A stretch of 64,000 nt of DNA from a candidate division WOR-3 bacterium (GTDB lineage: Bacteria; Hydrothermota; Tepidihabitantia; Tepidihabitantales; Tepidihabitantaceae). The stretch covers positions 1 through 64,000 of the forward strand of contig CBFGJV010000002.1 in the NCBI GenBank assembly GCA_965649205.1, in the 5' to 3' direction. Under the pieces are notes generated by a model. That model saw nothing but the letters and a program-made list of their open reading frames with translations, had not been told where the DNA came from and did not search any database. The position numbers and the translations under genes are program-made. This document shows, piece after piece, positions 1-9,571 of this stretch (position 1 is its first letter; the number at the start of each line of letters is the position of its first letter).

Positions 1-1
1 G

Positions 2-154
2 TTATTCAAGTTGACGCGGCGCAGCATTGCGGGTGAGAGTATGGCGGTGGCTGCTGGGGTGCTTCTGGAGAAGTGGCGGGTGCGGGGACTGGATGCGGAG
101 ATTCTAGCAGTTATCCGCAAGCAGGTGTTCAACATCGGACCGGTTGCGCCGTAA
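2..154 (+). CDS. 3' end of an unidentified CDS (partial, runs in from the window edge)
   Basis: Frame 2 is open from base 2 to TAA at 152-154 (LFKLTRRSIAGESMAVAAGVLLEKWRVRGLDAEILAVIRKQVFNIGPVAP*), converging on the creatininase gene. Confidence 0.4.
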   Translation, partial: LFKLTRRSIAGESMAVAAGVLLEKWRVRGLDAEILAVIRKQVFNIGPVAP

Positions 155-194
155 GGGAGTATGTGGCGGTTCGCTTCAGAGTCTGGCGCAGGTT

Positions 195-941
195 TCAGCG
201 GATTTTCTGCCAGCGTCGGAAGAATTCAGAAATTGAGTGTTCAAGTTTGGCGCAGACGAGGTCCAAAAGTTTCTGTGCTTTTGCGGCGTCGAAGTCCGGA
301 GAGCCTTCGTCCTTTTCGTAAAGGATTATGGAGCCGGGGAAGGGAGAAGTGACGAGTCCCGGCGCGGCTTGAGCGGCAAGGTCAGGTCCATATTGTTCCC
401 GGTGCACCAGTTCGGGCCGGAGTGCCTGCAACATTGCGGTTTCATCGGTGCCGGCATGTCCGCCTTCATGGCCGTAAACTTCTCTGACTTCTTTTGCGCA
501 ATGTACCCACCAGTCCACTACCAGGCTGAAAACCTTTTTCTCGCGGTACAGGCGGAAACATATGTTCTTCAGTTGCTCGGTATTGCCACCATGACCATTG
601 ATGATGGCGAGGCGGCGAAAGCCGGTGTCGGCCAGGCTGCAGCACACTTCCCAGACGTACTGTGCAAAAGTCTCAGGTGTAACCGAAGTAGAGCCGGGAT
701 AAGCCAGAAGAGAACGGGTGATGCCGTAAGGGATGACGGGAGCGATGAGGGCGTTGAGACGAGGGGCAAGGCGGTCGGCAAGGGCCGAAGGTATGATGTT
801 GTCTGTGCCGAGAGCAATGCAGCCATGGGCTTCCAGGGTGCCGACGGGAAGCAGGACTGCATCTATGTGTTCCGGCACCAGTTGTTTGAACTCCAGCCAG
901 GTGAGTTCTTCCAGACGGCGGGTAGAGAGGTCGGAAGTCAT
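195..941 (-). CDS. Creatininase / creatinine amidohydrolase family protein
   Basis: Motifs PVGTLEAHG..LGTD, INGHGGN and GHAGTDET typical of the family; 248 aa. Confidence 0.9.
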   Translation of the reverse strand: MTSDLSTRRLEELTWLEFKQLVPEHIDAVLLPVGTLEAHGCIALGTDNIIPSALADRLAPRLNALIAPVIPYGITRSLLAYPGSTSVTPETFAQYVWEVCCSLADTGFRRLAIINGHGGNTEQLKNICFRLYREKKVFSLVVDWWVHCAKEVREVYGHEGGHAGTDETAMLQALRPELVHREQYGPDLAAQAAPGLVTSPFPGSIILYEKDEGSPDFDAAKAQKLLDLVCAKLEHSISEFFRRWQKIR

Positions 942-950
942 TGTCTTCAG

Positions 951-978
951 ATGCTAGGTGTGCGGCGGATAATGTCAA
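951..978 (-). promoter_or_regulatory. sigma70-type promoter for creatininase gene
   Basis: Minus strand TTGACA-N16-TAGCAT, 9 nt before the ATG. Confidence 0.65.
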
Positions 979-1040
979 TAACGGGGAAGCTTGACAGACT
1001 GAGAGATGGTCTGCTAGTCTAGCTTCTACTAGCTGGAGGA

Positions 1041-2735
1041 ATGATGCGCAATCTGACAATGGTGCTGTGGTTGAGTTTTGGACTGATGCTGGCCGCACCG
1101 GCTGATTCTTTGCGTCTTGAGGCGTTGGCGAGACGGACGTACGAAGCAATATGGACATTTCGTCCAGTCGCAGCCACCCGCGCGGGCGTGCATAAAGGAG
1201 AAGCAAGGCTGAGCAGTTATACGCCAGCCCGGGTTGCGGCTTATGTCCGTAAGCTGAAGGCCCTGCTGACCGAGCTGGAGGGGATTGATACCGCGCGGTT
1301 GTCTCTGGATGGCCGAATTGACTGGTTGCTTTTGCGAGCCAATCTGGGGGGCGAGCTTTTCTGGTTTGTGCGGCAGCCGCAGTGGCAGAAGAATCCGGTG
1401 TTGTATGCGGATGAGTGCCTGGGCGGAGTTTACTATCTTGTGCTGTATGACTATGCCCCCCTGAAGAGAAGGGCGGCGGCAGTAGCCGGGCGTATGGCAG
1501 AGGTGCCGTGGCTTCTGGCCGAGGCGCGACGGAATGTGAAGTTTCCTCCCCGGCTTTTCGCCGAGGCGGCAATAGAGATGTTGCAGGCCGGTACTGATTT
1601 CTTCCAGAAGACAGCAACGGCTCTGGCCGAGTCCTGTCCCGCGCTCAGACGTAACCTTCTGGGTAGCGCGCAAAGGGCGGTGAGGGCGATGGACGATTAT
1701 CGTCGGGAGCTGGAGGCAGTGCTGCCCAGCTTGCCGGACAGTTTTGCCATGGGGCGCACGGACTACGAGTTTCTGTTGCAGAAAGTCAAGTTTCTGGATT
1801 TCGGGGTTGATTCTTTGGTGGCTCTGGGAGAGAGGATGTATGCCTGGTCTGACTCGCTTTCCCGCGAGCTGCGTGCGCAGAAGGCAAGGGCCGAAAGTCT
1901 GAATCCCCAGGCAGAGAAAGGAGAAGAACCCGCACCCGAAGGTTTTTCCAAGCAGGAGCTGCTGGCTTACTACCGCGCCGAAGTGGACAGTATGAGGGCC
2001 TGGGTGGCAAACAGCGGTTTTGCCACAGTGCCGGATTATGTGGGCAAGCTGGGCGTGATGGAGACGCCGGCTTTTCTTCTGGGCGTGATTCCCGGTCTGG
2101 CGATGGAGCCGGCAATGGCACTGGATTCCAATCAGGACGCTACCATTCTCATTGCCACGATTCCGGAAGAGTTCGATTCGGCGCAGCGGGAGTATTACTA
2201 TCGCCGTATGCGCAATCGGAGATTCCGGGGAGCGGTGGTGCACGAAGGTTTTCCCGGCCACCATTTTCAGATTTGTCGGGCTAATCACCATCCTTCGCTC
2301 ATTCGCCGATTGCAGGGCGACGACTGTTTCATTGAGGGTTGGGCGCTGTACTGTGAACAGGCTGTAGTAGAACACGGATTGTATCCTCCCGACCCTTTTC
2401 CGCAGCTGGGCTGGCTGGGAGGCGTGAAATTCCGTTCGGCGCGCGTGATTCTGGACGCCAAACTTCACACCGGGGAGATGAGTTATGATCAGGCGGTGAA
2501 TTTTCTGCTGGAACGTTTCGGAGCGGATACGGCGAGCTATCGGGCAGAGGTGAAACGTTACTGTCTGACTCCTACCCAGCCTTTGAGTTACGTGGTGGGC
2601 AAGGCGCAGATAATGGAGCTGCGCCAGGAGTATCTGCAGCGGGGACACACGCTGCGGGAGTTTCACGATCGTCTTCTGTCCGAAGGCTCTATTCCGCTCA
2701 GCCTGGTGCGGCGGAAGCTGCTGGCCGAACAGTAG
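1041..2735 (+). CDS. DUF885 family secreted protein (putative metallopeptidase-like)
   Basis: Signal peptide; HEGFPGHHFQ, FIEGWALYCE and PTQPLSYVVG motifs characteristic of DUF885; GGAGG RBS. Confidence 0.85.
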   Translation: MMRNLTMVLWLSFGLMLAAPADSLRLEALARRTYEAIWTFRPVAATRAGVHKGEARLSSYTPARVAAYVRKLKALLTELEGIDTARLSLDGRIDWLLLRANLGGELFWFVRQPQWQKNPVLYADECLGGVYYLVLYDYAPLKRRAAAVAGRMAEVPWLLAEARRNVKFPPRLFAEAAIEMLQAGTDFFQKTATALAESCPALRRNLLGSAQRAVRAMDDYRRELEAVLPSLPDSFAMGRTDYEFLLQKVKFLDFGVDSLVALGERMYAWSDSLSRELRAQKARAESLNPQAEKGEEPAPEGFSKQELLAYYRAEVDSMRAWVANSGFATVPDYVGKLGVMETPAFLLGVIPGLAMEPAMALDSNQDATILIATIPEEFDSAQREYYYRRMRNRRFRGAVVHEGFPGHHFQICRANHHPSLIRRLQGDDCFIEGWALYCEQAVVEHGLYPPDPFPQLGWLGGVKFRSARVILDAKLHTGEMSYDQAVNFLLERFGADTASYRAEVKRYCLTPTQPLSYVVGKAQIMELRQEYLQRGHTLREFHDRLLSEGSIPLSLVRRKLLAEQ

Positions 2736-2738
2736 TAC

Positions 2739-2766
2739 TTGCGCAAAAGAAGCCTGTCGCTACAAT
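2739..2766 (+). promoter_or_regulatory. sigma70-type promoter, leaderless alaS
   Basis: TTGCGC-N16-TACAAT, 6 nt before ATG 2773; no SD sequence. Confidence 0.6.
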
Positions 2767-2772
2767 AGCCCG

Positions 2773-5355
2773 ATGAATCATCGTGAGCTGAGACGAACAT
2801 TTCTGGAATTCTACGCCAGGCGGGGACATAAGATTGTTCCCAGTTCTTCCCTTTTGCCTAGAGACGACCCCACTTTGCTTTTCACCGCTGCGGGTATGGT
2901 GCAGTTCAAGCCTTACTGGGCCGGCACCATAGAGCCGCCCTACCGCCGCGCCTGCTCCATTCAGAAGTGTCTGCGCGCTTCTGATTTGGAACAGGTGGGT
3001 CATACTCCGCGTCACTGCACGTTTTTCGAGATGCTGGGAAACTTCTCTTTTGGAGACTACTTCAAGGCGGAAGCCATACCCTGGGCCTGGGAGTATCTGA
3101 CCGAAGTGGTGAAGCTGGATAGGGACAGACTTTACGTCTCAGTGTACGAACAGGACGACGAGGCCTACGATATTTGGCACAAGACGGTGGGACTGCCGGC
3201 AGAGCGGATTGTACGTCTGGGCGAAAAAGACAATTTTTGGGGGCCAGCGGGCGGAGGCGGGGCGTGCGGACCGTGTTCTGAGATATATGTGGACTTGGGG
3301 CCGGAATACGGCTGTGGCAAAGAAACCTGTGCGCCGGGGTGTGACTGCGACCGTTTTTCTGAAGTTTACAACATTGTCTTTCCCCAGTTCAATCAACTGC
3401 CAGACGGTACCCGGTTGCCGCTGAAGAATCGGGGCATAGACACGGGTATGGGACTGGAACGTCTGGCTATGGTGTCGCAGGGGAAAAAGACTATTTTTGA
3501 CACCGACCTGTTTCTGCCGATAGTCAAGGAAGCAGACCGGGTATTGTTTGCGGAATCTTCCGCATGTGCGGAGGATGCGAAAAAGCAGACGGTCCTGCAC
3601 ATTGCCGCCGACCATGCGCGAGCCTTGACTTTTGCCATTACGGACGGAGTCATTCCGGCCAATGAGGCAAGAGGATATGTGTTGCGCGGCATTTTGCGCC
3701 GGGCCGTGCTTTTTGCACATCGGCTGGGAGTAAAAGAGCCGTTTCTTTATCGTATCTCAGCCCAGGTGGTAGAGCATATGCGTCAGTTTTATCCGGAACT
3801 GGCAGAAAAGCGGGAACAGGTGGGGGTGATCATCAAGGCGGAGGAAGAAAGATTCCTGCGCACTTTGGACGCCGGGCTGGATTTGTGGCGTACAGCGCTG
3901 AAACGGCATCGCGACAGCGGCGTGATTCCCGGCGAAGAGATTTTCCGTCTGCATGACACCTATGGATTTCATGTGGAGCTGGTGAAGGAACTGGCGAATC
4001 AGGAAGGGCTGCAACTGGACCTGGCTGGTTTTGAGGCGGAGATGGAGAAACAGAGACAACGTTCCCGGAAGACGGTGGTGATTGTGACTGAGGCTACGGC
4101 CGGAGTGCGGGAGTCTCGTTTCGTCGGCTACGACCGGGACGAAGTAGAAACAGAGCTTTTCGACTTTACGGAATTGCAGCCGGGCAGGCTGTACGAGTTG
4201 TATCTGCGCGAGACTCCGTTCTATGCCACCGCGGGAGGACAGGTGGGGGATACGGGCCGAGTGAGAGGACCCGGGTTTGAACTGGAAGTCGTTGACAGTT
4301 ACTACCGGCAGGGAGTACGGGTGGCGAAGGCGAAATTGCTTGAGGGAGAAGTAGCGAAGGGGATTGTGACGGCCGAGATAGACAGGCCGCGCCGGCGAGA
4401 AATAGAGCGGGCGCATACCGCCACGCATCTGTTGCATGCGGCGTTGCGACAGGTGGTGGGTGAGTATGTAAAGCAGGAAGGTTCGCTGGTGGAACCGGGT
4501 CGGTTGCGTTTTGACTTCGCGGCATTCGAGCCGCTTACAGAGGAGCAGTTAAGCCGGGTGGAAGCCTTGATGTTCGACCGAATACTGGCGGATGTCAAAC
4601 TAAAGGTAGAGATAAAAAGCCTGGAAGAGGCCAAGGCTATGGGAGCACTGGCCTTCTTCGGCGAGCAGTACGGAGAGACGGTGCGGGTGGTACAGGTGCC
4701 GGGTTTTTCCATAGAGTTGTGCGCAGGCACGCATTTGCGTTCTACCGGGGAAATAGGCGTCTTACGTATAATGTCTGAGACCGGGGTAGCTGCGGGGGTC
4801 AGACGTATAGAAGCCTTGGTGGGGCAGGAGGCCTTTCGGCGGCTGGCGGAAGAACGACTGATAATGAAACGGCTGCGGGAGACGTTGCAGGTGGGGGAAG
4901 AGGCATTGTTGACGCAGAAAATAACTGCCCTGCAGGAGGAGAATAGACGTCTGGAGGCGAAGTTGAAAGCAGCACTGGTCCAGCTGGCCCGCAACACTGC
5001 CGAAGAACTGGCGGCAGCAGCAGAAAAAACAGAGAAAGCCACTCTGGTGCTGGCCTATCTTCCTCAGCTGGAGCTGCCGGAGTTGCGTTTGGTCGCGGAC
5101 AGGTTGCGAGAAAGGCTTGCCGCTCCCTATGCCGGATTTCTCGCCGGCGCTTCCAGTCAGGGGCGGCTGCGGTATCTGGTGTTTGTCAGCCCTGATTTGA
5201 AGCAAGCGCTGCCAGCTGGTCAGCTGGCAAAAACAGTGGGACAGGCTATGTCTGGCGGCGGTGGGGGTAAGGCTGATCTGGCGGAAGGAGCGGGAATGGT
5301 TGATCGGCTGGAGTCCGGACGGCAGGCATTCCGGGCGGCATTCGGCAAAGTCTGA
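2773..5355 (+). CDS. alaS: Alanine--tRNA ligase
   Basis: DDPTLLFTAAGMVQFKP, HCTFFEMLGNFSFGDYFK, IDTGMGLERL, editing-domain HTATHLLH and ELCAGTH, C-terminal GGGGGK. Confidence 0.98.
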   Translation: MNHRELRRTFLEFYARRGHKIVPSSSLLPRDDPTLLFTAAGMVQFKPYWAGTIEPPYRRACSIQKCLRASDLEQVGHTPRHCTFFEMLGNFSFGDYFKAEAIPWAWEYLTEVVKLDRDRLYVSVYEQDDEAYDIWHKTVGLPAERIVRLGEKDNFWGPAGGGGACGPCSEIYVDLGPEYGCGKETCAPGCDCDRFSEVYNIVFPQFNQLPDGTRLPLKNRGIDTGMGLERLAMVSQGKKTIFDTDLFLPIVKEADRVLFAESSACAEDAKKQTVLHIAADHARALTFAITDGVIPANEARGYVLRGILRRAVLFAHRLGVKEPFLYRISAQVVEHMRQFYPELAEKREQVGVIIKAEEERFLRTLDAGLDLWRTALKRHRDSGVIPGEEIFRLHDTYGFHVELVKELANQEGLQLDLAGFEAEMEKQRQRSRKTVVIVTEATAGVRESRFVGYDRDEVETELFDFTELQPGRLYELYLRETPFYATAGGQVGDTGRVRGPGFELEVVDSYYRQGVRVAKAKLLEGEVAKGIVTAEIDRPRRREIERAHTATHLLHAALRQVVGEYVKQEGSLVEPGRLRFDFAAFEPLTEEQLSRVEALMFDRILADVKLKVEIKSLEEAKAMGALAFFGEQYGETVRVVQVPGFSIELCAGTHLRSTGEIGVLRIMSETGVAAGVRRIEALVGQEAFRRLAEERLIMKRLRETLQVGEEALLTQKITALQEENRRLEAKLKAALVQLARNTAEELAAAAEKTEKATLVLAYLPQLELPELRLVADRLRERLAAPYAGFLAGASSQGRLRYLVFVSPDLKQALPAGQLAKTVGQAMSGGGGGKADLAEGAGMVDRLESGRQAFRAAFGKV

Positions 5356-5369
5356 AAACAAGCCTCGGG

Positions 5370-6470
5370 CTAGGGCTGTACAGAAGTATCCAAGGTGTCA
5401 GCGGGTGACGGGATTGTATCGGTCGGCACAGTGTCCGCAGGCACTTCCAGAACATAATTGCCAAAAAGATATGCCGGCGCGCGGAACTTCTCTCTGGTCA
5501 TAAAAGACACGGCGTTGACTGTGTCCTGATCAAGAAGATAGTGGGCAACTTGCCGCTTGATTTCAGAGTAAGCCGGAAGATAGCAGGAGAGGGTGGCATT
5601 GTAACGGAGAAGGGTAACTTCCGCGCCTTCCCCGGCGAGCACAGCGGTACGAATCTGGGCCGGCTGGAAACCAGCTTGCCTGAGACGGATAGAAAAAGCC
5701 TCTACTTCCGGCAAGGAAAGGTCTGTATCCGGCCCCACGATGTCCAGTATTTTCTTCATCAGTACACTGCCCAGGCGGGTGTCCGCCAGCCACCAGGTAT
5801 GACCTATTACGGCGCGGATGAAAAGAAGTGCGTTGCGGCAACGGTCCAGGTCATCTTCGGGAAGGCCCTTGCGGCGACGGGCAAAGAACAGGGCCTGGTC
5901 CGGGTCGGAAATCGGCGTGCCGGAGATGTGCAGACGGCCTAGGAGCGGCGACAGTACGCCGAAGGTCATGCGAAAGGTGTCAAAATCAAAGGCGATGTAG
6001 CGGTGAATGGTGATGCCCAGCAGGCGCTCAATCGTACGGCGCAGAAGTTTTTCTCCCCCGATAGCATGAACATGCGTGAGTTTCTCCATGCGGTTGAAAT
6101 CAGTACTGGAGTCGGCTGCGGTGATACCCGGCACTTCTACCAGCAGGTCCCGGGGCAAGGCCACAAGGTGCAGTCGGCCCCGACGCAGATGAAGATGGGC
6201 GATGATCATGATGTCAGAATGAGATGCCTTTTCCCTCTGCTGGCGTTTCTTGCCTTCATTTTCTATTGGACCGATGGCGCGGGCATCCTTGCCTATGATG
6301 AGGATATTTATCGTTTCCTCGGACAAGGAATCTTTCGATGCCGCCGCAGACTTATGGTCCCGGTGGGAAAGGAGCAGTCGCGGATGCCGGGGCAAGAGGT
6401 AGTAGGCGGCAAGCCCAACAAGAGCCAGAGGTATCAGCAGGAGCAGCCAGAAAAGAAAGCGACGTCTCAT
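5370..6470 (-). CDS. LCP (LytR-CpsA-Psr) family cell-envelope protein
   Basis: N-terminal TM helix; NILIIGKD...SDIMII...LPRD motif; conserved Arg residues (FARRRK, DLDR). Confidence 0.85.
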   Translation of the reverse strand: MRRRFLFWLLLLIPLALVGLAAYYLLPRHPRLLLSHRDHKSAAASKDSLSEETINILIIGKDARAIGPIENEGKKRQQREKASHSDIMIIAHLHLRRGRLHLVALPRDLLVEVPGITAADSSTDFNRMEKLTHVHAIGGEKLLRRTIERLLGITIHRYIAFDFDTFRMTFGVLSPLLGRLHISGTPISDPDQALFFARRRKGLPEDDLDRCRNALLFIRAVIGHTWWLADTRLGSVLMKKILDIVGPDTDLSLPEVEAFSIRLRQAGFQPAQIRTAVLAGEGAEVTLLRYNATLSCYLPAYSEIKRQVAHYLLDQDTVNAVSFMTREKFRAPAYLFGNYVLEVPADTVPTDTIPSPADTLDTSVQP

Positions 6471-7756
6471 TTTCCGCTGCGCACCAGCTTCAGCTTCAAG
6501 CGATATCCCGCGAAATTGAAGCAGGTACGGATGGTTGATTCCACAAAACGTAGATAAGCATCACTCACCGCATCCGGGTTTGTGGCCCGCAGACGAAACG
6601 TGGGAGGACGGATGCCGGTTTGCGCCAGACTGGTGATACGGCAGTCATAACGGGGCGGCTTCTGCTCCAGTTGGGATACAACCGCTTCCCGGAGAAGAGA
6701 ACGGGATATGCGGCGCGACCCGGAATCATAAACCACGGCGGCCTGACGTACAGCTTCCAGTACACCCTGATTTTTAAGGGCCGAACAGAACACCACTGGC
6801 GCGTAGCCGACGAAAGCCAACTGATCCCTTACCCATTTCCGGACCCGACGGTCCAGCCGCTGCGGTACTAAGTCCATCTTGTTGGCCACAATGACCATCC
6901 CCCGGCTATGCGAATCAATTAGGTTGGCTATTTTCTTGTCCTGGTTGGTAGGACCTTCAGTCGCGTCTATCACGAGGAGGGCCACGTCGCAGCGCTGTAT
7001 AGTATCCAGTGCCCGGCTCACCGAGAAGTATTCAACTGCAGAACTGACCCGGGAGGGTTTGCGGATGCCAGCGGTGTCGAGCAGACGGAACGTGCGGTCT
7101 TCCAAAACAACGCGGTCTTCTACCACATCCCGGGTGGTACCGGGAATCGGAGTGACAATGGAACGTTCGTGCCCGAGCAGAGAGTTGAGGAAGGAAGATT
7201 TCCCCACATTGGGTCGGCCAAGCAGAGCCAGAGATACTGGCGGCGGAGTAGAACTGTCAGGCGATTGCGGGGGAAGCAGATGGATGATCACATCCAGCAG
7301 TTCGTCGACGCCTGTACCATGTTCGGCAGAAATGGGCAGCACGTGTTTGGCGCCGAGGTGGTAGAACTCAGCCGGGTCGAAACCTCGCTTCACGTCGCGC
7401 TTATTTACGGCGACAACAAAAGAACGGTTTTCCTGCCGCAACCGGCCGGCGATTTCTTCGTCCAGCGGTGTACAGCCTCCCACACCGTCTACCACCAGCA
7501 CTATGACATCTGCTTCGGATAGAGCAACTTTTACCTGACGCTCTACCTGTTGGGATATTTCGTCTGGGGCGTCCGGGATAAGACCACCGGTGTCAATTAC
7601 ATCAAAGCGGTGCCCCAGCCATTCGGCAGAGCGGATGAGTCTGTCGCGGGTTATACCAGGTTCAGACAGGGTTATGGCTATCCGGCCGCCCACCAGGCGA
7701 TTGAAAAGAGTAGATTTGCCGGTATTGGGTCGACCAACCAGAACAACTGCGGGCAT
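6467..7756 (-). CDS. der: Ribosome biogenesis GTPase Der (EngA)
   Basis: Two tandem G-domains (GRPNTGKS/DTGG/NKRD and GRPNVGKS/DTAG/NKMD) and a KH-like C-terminus. Confidence 0.96.
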   Translation of the reverse strand: MPAVVLVGRPNTGKSTLFNRLVGGRIAITLSEPGITRDRLIRSAEWLGHRFDVIDTGGLIPDAPDEISQQVERQVKVALSEADVIVLVVDGVGGCTPLDEEIAGRLRQENRSFVVAVNKRDVKRGFDPAEFYHLGAKHVLPISAEHGTGVDELLDVIIHLLPPQSPDSSTPPPVSLALLGRPNVGKSSFLNSLLGHERSIVTPIPGTTRDVVEDRVVLEDRTFRLLDTAGIRKPSRVSSAVEYFSVSRALDTIQRCDVALLVIDATEGPTNQDKKIANLIDSHSRGMVIVANKMDLVPQRLDRRVRKWVRDQLAFVGYAPVVFCSALKNQGVLEAVRQAAVVYDSGSRRISRSLLREAVVSQLEQKPPRYDCRITSLAQTGIRPPTFRLRATNPDAVSDAYLRFVESTIRTCFNFAGYRLKLKLVRSGK

Positions 7757-7816
7757 AAGATTATCAAGGTATCAGCACAGGCAGTAGTGTCAAGAAGGAA
7801 ACAGAAGGTAGCAGGC

Positions 7817-8725
7817 TCAGGGCGTTGACTCCGGCCGGCTGGCAGCCGGTTCTACGTGAACAACCACAGCCGATATTTCCGGAAAGGCAGCACAGATGGA
7901 CTTTTCTAGTCTGGTGGCGATTTCGTGTCCGGCCTGCACGGTAAGCTCCGGCGCCACCTGGATATGCACGTCCATCTCAATTGCGCCACCAGTGCGCCGG
8001 GCGCGGAAGGCGTGAAAGCCTTCCACTCCGGGAAGTTCGCCTATCAGTTTGCGCATGGCCGCAACTGTCTGCTGGTCCGGCGCCCGGTCAGTCAGCTCCA
8101 GAATTGACTGATAGACAATACGACCGCCGATGAAGATAAGAAAAGCCGCCAGAATTATAGCCGTGAGATGATCCAGAAATGCCCAGCGGGCGCCACCCAC
8201 CAGGGCTCCTGTGATTCCCGCGGCCACGGCCAGAGAAGAAAAGGCGTCAGAGCGGTGGTGCCAGGCATTGGCCAAAAGAACGGGGTTGCGATAGCGGCGG
8301 CCTACCTCTTTAGTCCACCAGTAAAGAGCTTCCTTAAGTATGATAGAGGCGATAGCGGTCCAGAAAGGAATCCAACTCTGCAGAGGAGGATGTTTGTCCT
8401 TAAACGTAAGAGCAGAGCTAATAGCTACCCATAAGGCGGCAAAAAAAAGAAGAAAGCCGATAATAGCCGCAAAAATGTGGTCGTAGCGGCTGTGGCCAAA
8501 ATGATGGTCGTGGTCTGCGGGCCGGCGACCGAGGCGCAAAGACCAGACTACCGCTACGTCTGAAGCCAAATCCGAGCCAGTATGCAGACCGTCGGCTACG
8601 ATGGCTGCGGAGTTGGTTAGAATACCGACCGCTACCTTACCGACCAGAAGCAATATATTGGCTATCAGACCGGCGAGAGTAACACGCCATTCTTCGCGTT
8701 TACGCCGGACTTGAGGTAGGGACAT
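7817..8725 (-). CDS. Cation diffusion facilitator (CDF) family metal transporter
   Basis: ADGLHTGSD, RPADHDHHFGH, ANAWHHRSD motifs; C-terminal dimerisation domain (DVHI...HVEP). Confidence 0.92.
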   Translation of the reverse strand: MSLPQVRRKREEWRVTLAGLIANILLLVGKVAVGILTNSAAIVADGLHTGSDLASDVAVVWSLRLGRRPADHDHHFGHSRYDHIFAAIIGFLLFFAALWVAISSALTFKDKHPPLQSWIPFWTAIASIILKEALYWWTKEVGRRYRNPVLLANAWHHRSDAFSSLAVAAGITGALVGGARWAFLDHLTAIILAAFLIFIGGRIVYQSILELTDRAPDQQTVAAMRKLIGELPGVEGFHAFRARRTGGAIEMDVHIQVAPELTVQAGHEIATRLEKSICAAFPEISAVVVHVEPAASRPESTP

Positions 8726-8854
8726 ACGTTTTCTGGATAGGGTAGAAGTGATGCAACAGTTGTCAAGCAGAAGACTGTAAGGGAGGTTTTCTTGACACCA
8801 GGTACTGGTTGCTCTATTGTAAGCTACGGTTGTTCATCAATAAGGAGGATTTGG

Positions 8855-9247
8855 ATGGAAGCCAATGTTAGTGCCGATTTGAGGCAGCAGCAGATTGTGG
8901 ACAGTGTAAAAGGGTTGAAGGGCTGGCTGAAGTTTCTGGGAATACTGTCTATAATCGGTGGCATCCTGTATGCGCTTACTCTGGTAGGAATAATTTTTGC
9001 CTGGTTGCCGATATGGTTGGGCGTAATACTGAATCAGGCAGGCAGCAAAGCGGCTGAGTATGCGGAAAGGGGCGATAATGCTTCACTGGCCGCCTTGCTT
9101 GAGAAGCTAAAGACATACTTTACAATTACCGGCATACTGGTGATTATATCGTTTGCTCTGGGCATTATTATTACTATTCTCGGCCTGATTCTTGGGCTTT
9201 TGGGATTAGCCAGTATCCCCGATATGCTAAAGCAGTTTGGGTTCTAG
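8855..9247 (+). CDS. DUF5362-like small membrane protein
   Basis: AAGGAGG RBS before ATG 8855; GWLKFLGILSII...WLPIWLGVIL...KLKTYF pattern. Confidence 0.75.
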   Translation: MEANVSADLRQQQIVDSVKGLKGWLKFLGILSIIGGILYALTLVGIIFAWLPIWLGVILNQAGSKAAEYAERGDNASLAALLEKLKTYFTITGILVIISFALGIIITILGLILGLLGLASIPDMLKQFGF

Positions 9248-9280
9248 TCAGCGGAAAAGGAGCGAGCGGACGTTTAGAAT

Positions 9281-9466
9281 CTAGTTAGGCCGCAGGTACG
9301 CTGTGGGGTCTTGCATAAAGGTATCCCGACAGCTTTCAGCACAAAAATAGTACTTCTTTCCTTTGTATTCGTAGCTGCAGGCGGCCTCTTCGGGTTTTAC
9401 GGGCATGCCACATACGGGGTCTATGTTTTCTGCTTCTGGGTTATTTCTGCCATTTTCTTTCTGCAT
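9281..9466 (-). CDS. YHS domain protein
   Basis: DPVCGM...YEYKGKKYYFCAESC...F..DP..Y; AAGGAG RBS on minus strand. Confidence 0.9.
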   Translation of the reverse strand: MQKENGRNNPEAENIDPVCGMPVKPEEAACSYEYKGKKYYFCAESCRDTFMQDPTAYLRPN

Positions 9467-9571
9467 AATTACTCCTTGCCTTATCTTTTAGACTGTTCAA
9501 ACCAACGGCAGATGCGGTGCAGTTAGCGGAATTGCGGCTTGCACCTCCTCATTAGAGCGGTATTCTGAAAG

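Noticed and set aside
1029..2666. 545-aa minus-strand ORF, plus many other long antisense ORFs in the track
   Set aside because: Shadow of the clearly recognisable DUF885 gene; no motifs; expected in GC-rich coding DNA
3310..3355. Cys-rich insert in AlaS (CGKETCAPGCDCDR)
   Set aside because: A common variant in many bacterial AlaS proteins, so not unusual
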